Part shown: one piece after another, positions 1 to 12,091 of the stretch | How the letters are laid out: the number at the start of each line of letters is the position of its first letter | Position numbering within the stretch: position 1 is the first letter of the stretch | NCBI RefSeq assembly: GCF_963921235.1 | Contig: NC_086097.1 | Span: forward strand, 20,090,001-20,154,000 | From: Mobula hypostoma | Taxonomy: Eukaryota | Direction of reading: 5' to 3' | Length of the DNA stretch: 64,000 bases | Translations under genes and position numbers: made by a program | Notes under the pieces: model-generated | The model's input: the letters and a program-made list of their open reading frames with translations, nothing else | The model's database searches: none | What the model was told of the DNA's origin: nothing

Positions 1-24
1 AGTGAAATGTGTCAAATTGTTAAA

Positions 25-250
25 ATTTTGCGGGTCAGTCTGCAAGTGTTGCCATGCTTCTGACACCAACATGGCATGCCTGTGACTCACTAACCCTCAT
101 CTCTTCTTTGGAATGAGGTAATAATCCGGAGCACACAGACGAAATGCATGTGGTCACGGGGAGAATGTACAAATTCCTTTCAGGCATTGGCAGGAATTGA
201 ACCCCTAATGCTGTAAAGTGACGAGCTAACTGCTACGCTATCATGTTGCC
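25..250 (-). mobile_element. V-SINE/HE1-like tRNA-derived SINE, degraded
   Basis: Reverse complement of the V-core TTTGTACATTCTCCCCGTGACC, with GGGTTCAATTCC B-box and TAGCGTAGCAGTTAG A-box; boundaries approximate. Confidence 0.7.
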
Positions 251-403
251 CTAATACTGTAATTCAAACTAACCTGCAATCCAGCTCACGGGTCTAAACT
301 CAATCACCTAGATTTCTTGGTAATGGGAATTCTTCATTTCTATTTGTGGAGTTGGGTTTTACAAAGAGGAAAAATGTTACAAGATGTTCATTGTATGCAA
401 AAC

Positions 404-548
404 CTTTTCACTGGCAAGCTGTGTGTTTTTATCTTCTAGAGCCTTGTAGCTCTTCCTCCTTTGTTCTTCTTCCATCTTGTAGATCTTTATTGTCTCATGT
501 AGTCTTACATTTTCTTTAAAGACACTTTGAGCCCTTTCGTTAAGATTC
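404..548 (-). CDS. BBOF1: BBOF1 coding exon 7 (NLNERAQSVFKENVRLHETIKIYK...QLASEK); gene continues beyond window start
   Basis: CCTTCCACAG acceptor, AAG|GTTTTG donor, 145 nt, phase matches exon 6; VFKENV motif as in human BBOF1. Confidence 0.9.
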
Positions 549-619
549 CTGTGGAAGGAGAGATACAGAATTTGATATGATTAGTCAATACTTACACCGA
601 TTTGTTCCAGCAAGAATAG

Positions 620-1260
620 ATCAGTGTTGGATCCCCTAGTGTTTGACGTATATATTAACAATTTGGATGGAAAATGTAAGTAGCACGATTAGTAAGTTTG
701 CAAATGACCAAAATAAGTGGTATGGTACACAATGAAGAAAGTTATCTAAGATTGTACCAGGATCACAATCAACTGAGAAAGTGACCCAAGCAATGGCAGG
801 TGGAATTTAATTTAGACCAACGGGAAATAATGCATTTTGGAAACAAACTAGTGCAGGATTTGTGCAGAAATGTCAGGGTGCTGGGGAGTGTTGTAGAACA
901 GCAGAGCTTAGGAGTCAAACACATACTGTAATTCCATGTAAATGGCAACACAGGTAGACAGAACACTCGGCTACATCAGGTGAGGCTTTGAGTACAACAG
1001 GTGAGACGTCATGTTAACAGTTGTATAGGACATTGGTGAGACCACACCTGGAATATGGAATGCAGGTCTGTCAGGTTGCCATAATGTAGGAAGGATGTAA
1101 TTAAGCTAGGAGGGGTGCAGTAAAGGTTCACAAGGATGTTGTTGCAACTGAGGAGCTTGAATAATGAGTAAGCACAGGATAGTCCCAGCCTTTTTTCCCT
1201 GGAGCAAAGGATCTTATAGAGATTCATAAACATAATAAGGGGCATAGATAGAGAAACACC
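620..1260 (+). mobile_element. Degraded CR1 LINE fragment (RT C-terminal region)
   Basis: Remnants of SKFADDTK, KWQVEFN and YRTLVRPHLEY; boundaries approximate. Confidence 0.75.
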
Positions 1261-2134
1261 AATACTTCTAAAAGGTAACTTGACGAGCAACTAAAATTTG
1301 AGCTGGGAAGTAGTATTGACCCAGACAGATACTTCTTATACCTATGTTATTTACTTCTTTAGGGATACAACATGGTAACAGGCCCTGCTGGCTCAAAAAG
1401 CCCAAACTGTCTAATTACAGATATGTGCCCCATTAACCTACTAACTCGTATGTTTTTGGAACGGGGAGGCAACTTCTTGATCATTCTGGACTCAATACAC
1501 CAACTAGCTTCTTTACTGTGATGTTTTTTTTATGAGGTGTTCATATCTGATTAGCAAATTATAGTGTTCCTGTTAAAGTGGTTCTTCCAGCTAGAGTGAA
1601 ATTCAAAGAAAAAATCTGCAGGTGTTAGAAATCTGAAAAAATATGGAAAAACTCATGGATCAGGCAAATATTCTGCTGGATTCAATTTCAATACATGAGT
1701 GCTAAGGTGTACATCTTTGTACTTCTGTAGAATGGCAGTTCACAACATCGATCTTGCCAGCAAAACCCAGATCCTGAAATGCACTTTAGACAGAACTATA
1801 CACATTGTCAATATGTTGCATCAGCAGTGTTCCCTTGTTTACAAGAATTGTATCCAAGCTGTCTCCACTTTAGCATGAGAGCACTCTGCTTGAATTAGAA
1901 GACTGGGTCTTGAGAACAAAATACTTCTCCACTTCCCAATGTAGCACAAGGGAATAATGCTATATTGCCACAGCTGCAAATTTTCAATTGGACATTAAGC
2001 TGAGAATCCTTTTTCTCTTAGAGAAAACTATAAGATCACACTGCACCATCTGAAAAAGAATAGAAGAGCTCCACATGACATCCAAAGTAATATTCATTTC
2101 TTGATCAGCATCTGGAGACAGATTATCCCATCCT

Positions 2135-2456
2135 TTCCTCAGGCTTTTTCCACTGTGTTTGGATGAGACTAGAACCAGAGGTCATAGATTATGGGTGAAA
2201 GGTGAAATATTTAAGGCAGACTTGAGGGAGAATTTCTTCACTCGGAGGGTGGTGTGAGTGTGTAACAAGCTGACAGCAGAAGTGGTGAATGCAGGTTTGA
2301 TTTCAACATTTAAGAGAAGTTTAGGCATGGGTGAGAGGGGTATGGAGGGGGATGGTCCAAGCGTGGGTTGATGGAACTAGAGAATAATAGTTTGGCACAG
2401 ACTAGATGGGCTGAAGGGTCTCTTTCTGTGCTGTGGTGCTCTATGACTCCATGACT
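2135..2456 (+). mobile_element. CR1 3' end fragment
   Basis: LFPL..ETRTRGH and NFFTRRVV remnants with CTATGACT-type tail. Confidence 0.75.
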
Positions 2457-2575
2457 CCCCATATATAATTCATCTTCTACATTACCTACACTCTAACAGC
2501 TTCAAAAGTACAGCCGGAGAGTGAGAAACACAGAATTAATATTCCCCCACTGGGAATCTTAACTCTGATTCGTTT

Positions 2576-2757
2576 TTTTTCTTCTCTCTCTCCCTCTCTC
2601 CCTCCCCCTCTCCTCCCCTCCCCCTCCCCTTCCACCACCTCCCCTCCCCCACTCCCCCTCCCCTCCCCCTCCCCTCCTCCATCACCCTCCTCCCCTCCCC
2701 CTCCCCTCCTCCCCTCCCCTCCCCCTTCCACCACCTCCCCTCCCCCTCTCCCCTCCC
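2576..2757. repeat. C/T-rich low-complexity tract (G-rich on the BBOF1 transcript strand)
   Basis: Repeated CCCCT/CCTCC units over about 180 nt. Confidence 0.9.
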
Positions 2758-2911
2758 TGAGTATTTGCAGTGTTTTCTGATTTTATTTTGGATCTACAGC
2801 ATCTGCAGGCTTTTTCTTTGCATTTTTATTGTTTGCAAATATATTTGAAATGGAACTTTACTGAAGTAAATTGAGGAAGATCTGGAAAAACTATTGCAGG
2901 CAAACTCTTAC

Positions 2912-2982
2912 TTAACGGCTTCAGTGTGAGCCTGCTCACTCAGCTGATTCAGCCTCTGCTCTGCCTCCCGCTCCAGACGGAC
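2912..2982 (-). CDS. BBOF1: BBOF1 coding exon 6 (VRLEREAEQRLNQLSEQAHTEAV-K)
   Basis: TTTTAG acceptor, AA|GTAAGA donor, 71 nt; aligns to human HRLEQEAEKKIIMLAERAHHEAIV. Confidence 0.92.
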
Positions 2983-3058
2983 CTAAAATTAAAAGTCAAT
3001 ACTACTGAATGCATTAATACTATTACAATGTAATGTGACTACATTTTTCTCATTCTGT

Positions 3059-5420
3059 TAGAACATCGAACATAGAAATTTACAGCACATTACAGGCCCT
3101 TTGGCCCACAATTTTTTGTCAACCATGCAACCTATTCTAGAGACTGCCGGGAATTTCTGTAGCACATAGCCCTCTATTTTGCTAAGCTCCATGTACAGTG
3201 GCATACAAAGGATTGGGCACCCCTGGTCAAAATTTCTGTTACTGTGAATAGGTTAAGTGAGTAGCAGATGAACTCAACTCCAAGAGTCATAAAGTTAAAG
3301 ATGAAACATTCTTTTCAACATTTTAAGCAAGATTAGTGTATTATTTTCGTTTTGTACAATTTTAGAGTGAAAAAAGGAAAGGAGCATCATGCAAACGTTT
3401 GGGCACCCCAAGAGATTTGAGCTCTCAGGTAACTTTTACCAAGGTCTCAGACCTTAATTAGCTTGTTAGGGCTATGGCTTGTTCACAGTCATCATTAGGA
3501 AAGGCCAGGTGATGCAAATTTCAAAGCTTTATAAATACCCTGACACTTCAAACCTTGTCTCAACAATCAGCAGCCATGGGCTCCTCTAAGCAGCTGCCTA
3601 GCACACTGAAAATTAAAATAAATGATGCCCACAAAGCAGGAGAAGGCTATAAGAAGATAGAAAAGTGTTTTAAGGTAGCCGTTTCCTCAGTTCGTAATGT
3701 AATTAAGAAATGGCAGTTAACAGGAACAGTGGAGGTCAAGTTGAGGTCTGGAAGACAAAGAAAATTTTCCAAGAGAACTGCTCGTAGAATAGCTAGTAGA
3801 AAAGCTCCTGTTTGACTGCAAAAGACCTTCAGGAAGATTTAGTAGACTCTGGAGTGGTGGTGCACTGTTCTACTGTGCAGCAACACCTGCACAATTATGA
3901 CCTTCATGGAAGAGTCATCAGAAGAAAACCTTTCCTGCATCCTCACCACAAAATTCAGCATCAGAAGTTTGCAAAGGACATCTAAACAAGCCTGATGCAT
4001 TTTGGAAACAAGTCCTGTGGACTGATGAAGCTAAAATAGAACTTTTTGGCCTCAATGAACAAAGGTATGCTTGGAGAAAAAAGGGTGCAGAATTTCATGA
4101 AAAGAACACCTCTCCAACTGTTAAGCACAGGGGTGGATCAATCATGTTTTGGGCTTGTGTTGCAGCCAGTGGCACGGGGAACATTTCACTGGTAGAGGGA
4201 GGAATGAACTCAATTAAATACCAGCAAATTCTGGAAGCATACATCACACCGTCTGTAAAAAAGCGTGAAGATGAAAAGAGGATGGCTTCTACAACAGGAT
4301 AATGATCCGAAACACACCTCAAGATCCACAATGGACTACCTCAAGAGGCGTAAGCTCTAGGTTTTGCCATGGCCCTCGCAGTCCCTTGACCTAAACATCA
4401 TCCAGAATCTGTGAATAGACCTCAAAAGAGCAGTGAATGCAAGATGGCCCAAGAATCTCACAGAACCAGAAGCCTTTTGCAAGGAAGAATAGGCAAAAAT
4501 CCCCCAAACAAGAATTGAAAAACTCTTAGCTGGCTACAGAAAGCGTTTACAAGCTGTGATACTTGCCAAAGGGGGTGTTACTAAGTACTGCCATGCAGGG
4601 TGCCCAAACTTTTGCTTTGGGCCCTTTTCCTTTTTTGTTATTTTGAAACTGTAAAAGATGGAAATAAAAAAGTAATCTTGCTTAAAATATTAAAGAAATG
4701 TGTCATCTTTAACTTTATGCCTTTTGGAAATCAGGTCATCTTTTACTCGCTTAGCTATTCACAATAACAAAAATTTTGACCAGGGGTGCCCAAACCTTTG
4801 CATGACACTGTACCTATCTAATGGCCTCTCAAAAGACGCTATTGTATCCGCTTCCACTACTGCCACCAGCATTGCATTCCACACACCCACCACTCTCTGT
4901 GGGAAAAACTCACCCCTGACATCCCCTCGGTACCTATTTCCAAGCACCTTAAAACTACACCCCCTTGTGTTAGCCATTTCAGCCCTGGGAAAAAGCCTCT
5001 GGCTATCCACACAATCAGTGCCTCTCATATTATACACCTCTATCAGGTCACTTCTTATTCTCTGTTGCTCCAAGGAGAAAAGGCCAAGTACACTCAACCT
5101 ATTCTCATAAGGTACACCCTCCAATCCAGGCAGCATCCTTGTAAATATGCTTTGCACTCTCTCTGTAGTATCCACATTCCTCCTGTAGTGAGGTGAGGTG
5201 ACCAGAACTGAACACAGTACTCCAACACCAAGGTCTCATATGACCATAACATTACCTCACGGCTCTTGAACTCAATCACACGGTTGATGAATGCCAACAC
5301 ACCATATGCCTTATCAACAACACTGTCAACCTGCACAGCAGCTTTGAGTGTCCTAACGACACGGACCCCAAGATCTCTCAAATCCTCCATGCTATCAATA
5401 GTCTTACCATTTATATTACT
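3059..5420 (-). mobile_element. CR1 LINE 3' portion interrupted by a Tc1 element
   Basis: ORFs 4759-5175 and 5094-5390 encode CR1 RT C-terminus (LEYCVQFWSP, ERVQ..FTRMLPG); CTAAGCTCCATGTA|CCTATC rejoins across the Tc1, matching the intact site near 38852. Confidence 0.9.
3196..4810 (+). mobile_element. Tc1/mariner transposon, full length, inactivated (IR/DR-type ends)
   Basis: TA|CAGTG...CACTG|TA; inner repeats TTTGGGCACCC; transposase remnants GEGYKKI, VLWTDEAKIELFG, KHRGGSIMFWAC, QQDNDPKH with frameshifts and stops. Confidence 0.95.
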
Positions 5421-5520
5421 TTAATGAATTAAAGTTCTGTGCTATTTGCTGAAAAAGTGCTTTACTACTTACTCAAAAATAATTGCAAATTACTTTAAAA
5501 CTACAAAAAGCATAATTATA

Positions 5521-6068
5521 ACATAGAATATAGTACATAGAACACAATACAAGCCCTTCGGCCCACGATTTTATGCCGACCTTTTAATCTATTCTGTGAT
5601 CAGTCTAACCCTTTCCTCTCATGTAGTTCTCCATTCTTCTTTCACCTATGTGCCTATCTATGAGTTTCTTTAAAGGTTCCCGATGTATTTGCCTCTACCA
5701 CCAACCCTGGCTATGCAATCATTCACTTATCATTCTCTGTGTAAAAAATTTTCCTCTGACATCCTCCCTATTCTTTCCCCCAGTCACCTTAAAATTATGC
5801 CCTCTCATTTTAGCCATTGCTGCACTGGGATAAAGGGGCTGGCTATCCACTCAATCTGGGCCTCTTATAATCTTATACACCCCTTTCATGAGAATGCTAC
5901 CATCTCATCTTCCTTCACTCAAGAGAAAAGTTCTAGCTCACTCAATCTTTCCTCATAAGACATGCTCTCCAATCCAGGCAGCATCCTTGTAAATCTCTTC
6001 TACACTCTCTCTAAAGCTTCCACATCCTTCCTGTAATGAGGTGACCAGAACTGAAGACAATAGTCCAA
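5521..6068 (-). mobile_element. CR1 3' fragment
   Basis: Reverse-strand VQFWSPHY..ERV.KRFTRMLPGL remnants and CR1 3' UTR/tail. Confidence 0.8.
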
Positions 6069-6907
6069 GAGAGAGCTTATGTGGACAAAATCACTGGCAC
6101 AGACCAGAAAGGCCTGCTTCCATGCCATAACACTGTGATGGCATGAATACTTTTCTTTAATTGCAAATAATATTAACAAAGGGTCCTCCCTGGGTCCGTT
6201 AGGTCAATGTTGGGCTCAACATTGTGGGGGACCGTCAACAGAGTTACAGTCATTATCACACATATCTTGGCGAGTCTGGTGTAAAGTCCTAACACTCAAA
6301 TTTAGCACGTCTCAGGTTTTATCAAATGATGATCGTCTCATTGTATGTTTCTGGCATTTTCTCATTTTGTTGTCGTTATAAATATTATTTGTTTAATCCT
6401 GAGAGCAACAGGTTTCAATGGCATAACTGTTAATTGAATTTATATATTGTGGAGCTCAGTAGCTCTTCTCAATCAATACCCATTGTTTGAAACCTATAAT
6501 CTATTAAAATGCTTTCTCACTACTTAAGTAAGATATTTATATTTTCCTTCCTGGTGAAATTATATTTAAATTATAAATGTAAATTTATAAAGAGTGTGTG
6601 TGTGTGTATAAACTGCATATATCACCAAAGCAAAATGACTCAGTCCTTACTCTTGCTTCCCCTCCCCATGCCCCAACCTGCATCCGTCCTCTTTTGCCAC
6701 AAGCTAGCCCCTTCCCTCTAACTCTTTCTGAAATCTTTTTTTTGACAATAAGAGGTCTGAAACACATGAAAGGAGGGGAGAAGGAAAGGTCCCCTTTGTA
6801 CAGCTGCAGAGTACTTTCTGTCACCAGTCACATGCCAATATTTGCAATTGTAGACAGGCCAAAAATTAATTAGTGTTAGACTAGATTTTTGGCTACCAAT
6901 GACATAC

Positions 6908-6988
6908 CTTTCCTTCAAAAAATTTGTTTTCCAGCTGCCTCAGTGTTTCTTTGTGTTCTTTGTTTGCTGTGTTCATAGCCTCTTTTAT
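6908..6988 (-). CDS. BBOF1: BBOF1 coding exon 5 (IKEAMNTANKEHKETLRQLENKFFEGK)
   Basis: TCTCAG acceptor, AAG|GTATGT donor, 81 nt; aligns to human HQETLRRLESRFFEEK. Confidence 0.92.
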
Positions 6989-7398
6989 CTGAGATGACAA
7001 TAAAAAAATTGAAAAAACATTTATTTTGTTCTTGTATCACCCCAGATTCGCAACGATGTAACAGATCTCTTTTCTATGCAATGGTACTTTTTGGAAAGAA
7101 GTTAAATGAATACTTGACTGTTTTCATGGGCAAATGGAAACATCTCACCATAGGTACTATGTTGAAGAAAAGGATGAGAGATCATCCTTCAAAGGAAACT
7201 GATGATGTGGTTACATATCATTGTCTGTTTGCAATTTGAAACCATAATTACAACAGTGATTGCACCTTGAAATCAGTGCATTCACTCGTATGTAAATTGT
7301 TAAAGGTGCTAGTACAATACTGTAGTTTTTTTTGAAACAACAAGTCACCATTTAGCAACATCTAACAGCGAAGACTGAGACCATGCATTCTTCTGTAC

Positions 7399-8232
7399 TG
7401 TTATGAGAATACACATAAAATTAAGATGTTTGCTGGCCTGGGCTAGCATCAGTGGCATCAGCAGTTGGTCTGCCACCTGCCCTCAGGGGAAGGAGAGATA
7501 AGGAACAATGGAGCAGCGTCTGGAGATGTGTAATGAAGGGATGTGGGAGGAAGAGCTGTCTGGAGCGGCTCCCCCCTTTGAACCCTGAACTGTTTGAAGT
7601 GATGGACAGGCGATACCCCAGCAGGGGGATAAAAAGGTACAGGTTCGCTAAGACAGACACACACGCCACCCGAGGTAACGAGACCCTGGAAGCGGTACGC
7701 TTCTCACGAGTGGGTGGAAAGGTACGATCAGCGGGAACCCGGTGTGTGTCCGCCCTTGCCTGGGTGCCGGGTTCACTGCAGAGGATCGACCGCATCTGGA
7801 GGAGGGGTCACAGTCGGTGACCTCAGGTGACATCACCAAGGACCCGCCCAAATGCTGTTTGTGAGCCATCTCGCTGGTCTGTGAGTGAAGCTGTGCTGAA
7901 TGATGAGTTGTTCCTATTCTATGTCTCTCTTCCCCCACCTTGTCCATCGCCATGGCAACGATTACTGCGAACTGAACTACTAAACTGGACTGAACTTTGA
8001 GTCATTTTGAAATTGGTCATTTACCCCTAGACAACGATAGAGCTTGAGTGATGCTGTTATCTTAATTCTGTGCACATGTGTGGTTATCATTGTTGAATTG
8101 TTGCATTTATTATCCTTTCGATTACTGTGTTGCTTGTTTCTTTAATAAAACTTTCTTAGTTCTAGTACTCCAGACTCCAACTGAGTGATCCATTTCTGCT
8201 GGTTTGGCAACCCAGTTACGGGGTACGTAACA
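7399..8232 (+). mobile_element. Solo LTR (834 bp; Gypsy or ERV type)
   Basis: Termini TGTTA...TAACA; 4-bp TSD GTAC at 7395-7398 and 8233-8236; GATAAAA TATA-like near 7627; AATAAA near 8144. Confidence 0.85.
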
Positions 8233-9660
8233 GTACCAACACAGAGGCTGTGTACAAGAAGGGCCAGAGTCACCTTTACTTCCAGAGGAGATTGAGGTCT
8301 TTTGGAGTATGCAGGCCTCTCCTTCACATGTTCTACCAGTGTGTTGTTGTCAGTACAATCTTCTATGCGGTGGTGTGCTGGGGCAATGGCATCAACACGG
8401 ATGATGCCAAATGGCTCAATAAACTGATTAGAAAGGCTGGCTCTGTTATAGGAGTCAAACTGGACAAAATGGAGACTGTGGTAGAACAACGGACGCTACG
8501 GAAAATCCTGACAATTCTGGACAATGTTTCTCACCCTTTGCATGCCACCTTGGCTGAACAGAGAAGCACTTTTAGTAACAGATTGTTGGCCAGAAGAAAC
8601 TTCAGTCTGATCAAGGACAGGGGAAGCAGACAAGCCAGATGTCTTTGCTTCCCCCATTTTGTGGACTCTGAACGATTTCTTGCTCTTGGATAATCTAATC
8701 AGAGCAACTGAATATGGACACAGGAAGCTTCAGGTAATGATCTGCTAAACTTGAGACCATTCTCAAACAAATAGCCATTTGTTATGTAAAGGGCATGGAC
8801 TCTGAACTGTTTCTTGCTCTGGGACAACCTAATCGGAGCAACGGTCTCCTCTGAGACCATTCTCAAAGGAATAACTACTTCTTATGCAAAATGCCAGACT
8901 TGCAATCGGTAATCTTGTTAGACTCTGTCTGGGTTGCCTCATTTAACTGGTTTGGACCAGTCAGAGTGTAAAGACACAAATGCACATGGCTGGGATGGGC
9001 AGAGCCATGGAACAATGTTGGCTGTAGCCCTGTACAATGACCCAGTAAGAAGGTGATCCAGGTAAGTCAGGTAACCTTGAGCCAGTGGGATGGAGATCCA
9101 ATGGTTCAATTGATGAGGAACAGTACAAGACTCAGGAGCTCCAAATACGCAGGGGCGATAACTCTCCAGCAGCCAGAGACCAGCCATCGCGGACAAGGAG
9201 GACCCCACGGACACGTGGAGATTGGGACCACGAGGAATGCCTGGCCAGCGTAGGCTCGTTTCCCAGGTAATGCCTTTTCTCTTCATTGACTGTTCATGGA
9301 CTGCCAGGGATTTCTAGTAGGGTGCACACAGAGACAGTTTGTGAACTCACGTGCTTTTAGTTGAAACAATAGAAGTTACTTGTCGTTAACTACAGATTCT
9401 TTGTGCCTCGCTGATCATTATTACAAGGGGTGATTCTTGTAACAGGACTAAGACAACTCTGCCGCTCCAAAGAGTGTTACGAGGTCATTCTTACCCTCGG
9501 CCATTAGGCTCTATAATGAGTCAACCTATAACTGGGTTATAACTCCTGTTGGACTGTTTGAGGTAACTTATTTTTTTATTCTTTCTTACTTCTCCTCTAA
9601 TACTTGTATATTTATATATCTGTGCACTTGTAATGCTACCATGACACTGTAATTTCCTTA
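8233..9660 (+). mobile_element. Rex1/Babar-like LINE 3' fragment interrupted by a second solo LTR
   Basis: YKKGQSHLYF..RLRSFGVC, FYAVVCWG, SHPLH..EQRSTFSNR; continues after 9444 with RSFLPSAIRLYN. Confidence 0.85.
8584..9444. mobile_element. Solo LTR (861 bp) with internal duplicated enhancer-like blocks
   Basis: Termini TGTT...AACA; degenerate 4-bp TSD (AGAT/GGAC, inferred from AGAC); the host LINE rejoins when it is removed. Confidence 0.7.
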
Positions 9661-9883
9661 AGTGTACATATTTGATCCCTTACTTGAAATTACTGCTAGA
9701 ATGTAGAAGTACCAGCAAGGAAAATCTTAAATGGTAAAAGTACGGGTTGGAAAAGACTAAGTGGATTTTTTTTTTGTTTCCACAAATAAACTGATCAATT
9801 TTCTAAGAGAAATAAATTTTAACTGACGCATTTAATTTTCTCTCCTTACCCCGTTTTCACTTATTGTCGTAAATTTATATTTA

Positions 9884-11596
9884 CAATGGATTCCAGTTAA
9901 TTAGACCACTGGTTAATCAGGGCAGCTGCTTATTTGGGACAACTATAAAAGAATAAAAATGAATCGAGAAAATAGCCAGAATTTCCTTTGTTTATTTGGG
10001 ACACTATGCTGCTTAATTGGAGCAGGAGACAGTTACCAGTTTCTAACTAGTGTCAGTCACATGCATTTGCATGACTTTTAGACACTACACCATGCTAAGA
10101 GTGAACACTCTTTAAATAATGTCAGTTGTGTGCACTGTGTTCAAAAAACAGTGATTTTTGTCACTGATAGTTGGTGAGAGATAATCAGTAAGACAATTTA
10201 GAACTGCTTTGTTGACTGCGTTTTCAAGCTTTCAGGCCTGGAGTTGCCTAAAACAGCTGGGAGTGAAAATGAAACAACTTCACTACTTTAACGAGTTAGG
10301 AACTACAAAGAATTTAAAGGTATTGACAATCATCTTGAATATTACAATGGAAATGAAGATTTGGAGGATGCAATCATTGATAGGATTGTATGAAGGTAAT
10401 CCATATCTAGACTAGGTGTCGGCATCAATTTATGTTTATTTACAGTCAATCAAAAGAACATGGCAAGGAACATACTTTATACTTTATCACCAAACAATTG
10501 ATACTAGAACGTACGATCATCACAGCGATATTTGATTCTGCGCTTCACGCTCCCTGGAGTACAAATCGATAGTAAATATTAAAAATTTAAATTATAAATC
10601 ATAAATAGAAAATAGAAAAGGTTAAGTAAGGTAGTGCAAAAAAACCGAGAGGCAGGACCGGATATTTGGAGAGTACGGCCCAGATCCGGGTCAGGATCCG
10701 TTCAGCAGTCTTATCACAGTTGGAAAGAAGCTGTTCCCAAATCTGGCTGTGCGAGTCTTCAAGCTCCTGAGCCTTCTCCCGGAGGGAAGAGGGACAAAAA
10801 GTGTGTTGGCTGGGTGTGTCGTGTCCTTGATTATCCTGGCAGCACTGCTCCGACAGTGTGCGGTGTAAAGTGAGTCCAAGGACGGAAGATTGGTTTGTGT
10901 GATGTGCTGGGCTGTGTTCACGATCTTCTGCAGCTTCTTTTGGTCTTGGACAGGACAACTTCCATATCAGGTTGTGATGCACCTAGAAGAATGCTTTCTA
11001 CGGTGCATCTATAAAAATTAGTGACGGTTTTAGAGAACAGGCCAAATTTCTTTAGTTTTCTCAGGAAGTAAAGGTGTTGGTGGGCCTCCTTGGCAGTGGA
11101 CCCTGCTTGATTGGATCAAGTCAGGTCATTTGTGATATTGACCCCGAGGAACTTAAAGCTTTTGACCTGTTCCACTTGCGCACCGCTGATGTAAATGGGG
11201 TTGTGCGGTCCGCTACTCCTTCTGAAGTCAACAACCAATTTCTTCGTCTTGCTGATGTTGAGCGATAGGTTATTGTCTTCGCACCATGCCACCAGGTTCT
11301 TAATTTCCTCTCTGTACTCAAACTCATCATTACCCAAGATACACATTGGATTGAATTCCTCCGTTGATAATTATTGGGAACTAATACACAGTTTTATAGT
11401 ACTGTAGTAGTATTGATAGTATTCTAATTTGTTCTGATTTTTACTTAAATACATAATATATTACTCAGTTAAACAGTAGTTTGTCTTTTCTATACCTCTT
11501 TAGCTATTTCCATCAAACTTCAGCTAACTGGAGCAGCTGCTTAATTGGGCCAAAATGTACTGATCCCAATGTGTCCCATTTAACTGGAATCCACTG
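9884..11596 (+). mobile_element. Tigger/pogo-like non-autonomous DNA transposon carrying a nested Rex1-like LINE
   Basis: TA|CAATGGATTCCAGTTAA ... TTAACTGGAATCCACTG|TA TIRs; internal transposase C-terminal-like remnants near 10190-10390. Confidence 0.8.
10471..11341 (-). mobile_element. Rex1/Babar-like LINE, 5' truncated
   Basis: YREEIKNLVAWCEDNNLSLNISKTKKLVVDFRR, SFKFLGVNITNDL, LPSGRRLRS..RFGNSFFPTVIRLLN. Confidence 0.9.
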
Positions 11597-11608
11597 TATT
11601 TGTATATT

Positions 11609-12091
11609 TCATACTTTATTGTCACCAAACAATTGATACTAGAATGCACAATCATCACAGCAATATTTGATTCTGTGCTTCCCGCTCCCTGAATTACAAA
11701 TCAATAGTAAATATTAAACATTTAAATTATAAATCATAAATCGAAAATTGAGAAATGGAAAGTAAGGTAGTGCAAAGAAAACGAGAGGCAGGTCTGGATA
11801 TTTGGAGGGTACGGCCCAGGTCCGGGTCAGGATCCATTCAGCAGTCTTATCACAGTTGGAAAGAAGCTTTTCCCAAATCTGGCCGTATGAGTCTTCAAGC
11901 TCCTGAGCCTTCTCCCGGAGGGAAGAGGGACAAAAAGTGTGTTCGCTGGGCGGGTCGCATCCTTGATTATCTTGGCAGCACTGCTCCGACAGCGTGCTGT
12001 GTAAAGTGAGCCCACGGACGGAAGATTGGTTTGTGTGATGTGCTGCGCCATGTTCATGATCTTCTGCAGCTTCTTTCGGTCTTGGACAGGA
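11609..12091 (-). mobile_element. Second copy of the same Rex1/Babar-like family, more truncated
   Basis: Near-identical ORF 11827-12096 and 3' UTR to 10471-10955. Confidence 0.9.

Noticed and set aside
47..60. X-box half sites GTTGCCATG (also near 31030)
   Set aside because: Half sites only, and part of the SINE 3' sequence.
2486..2734. Gly/Glu-rich ORF
   Set aside because: Translation of a low-complexity purine tract; no splice or homology support.
7421..7953. Overlapping ORFs in the GC-rich 7.4-8.0 kb block as a gene or CpG-island promoter
   Set aside because: They lie wholly inside a TSD-flanked solo LTR and have no recognisable protein motifs.
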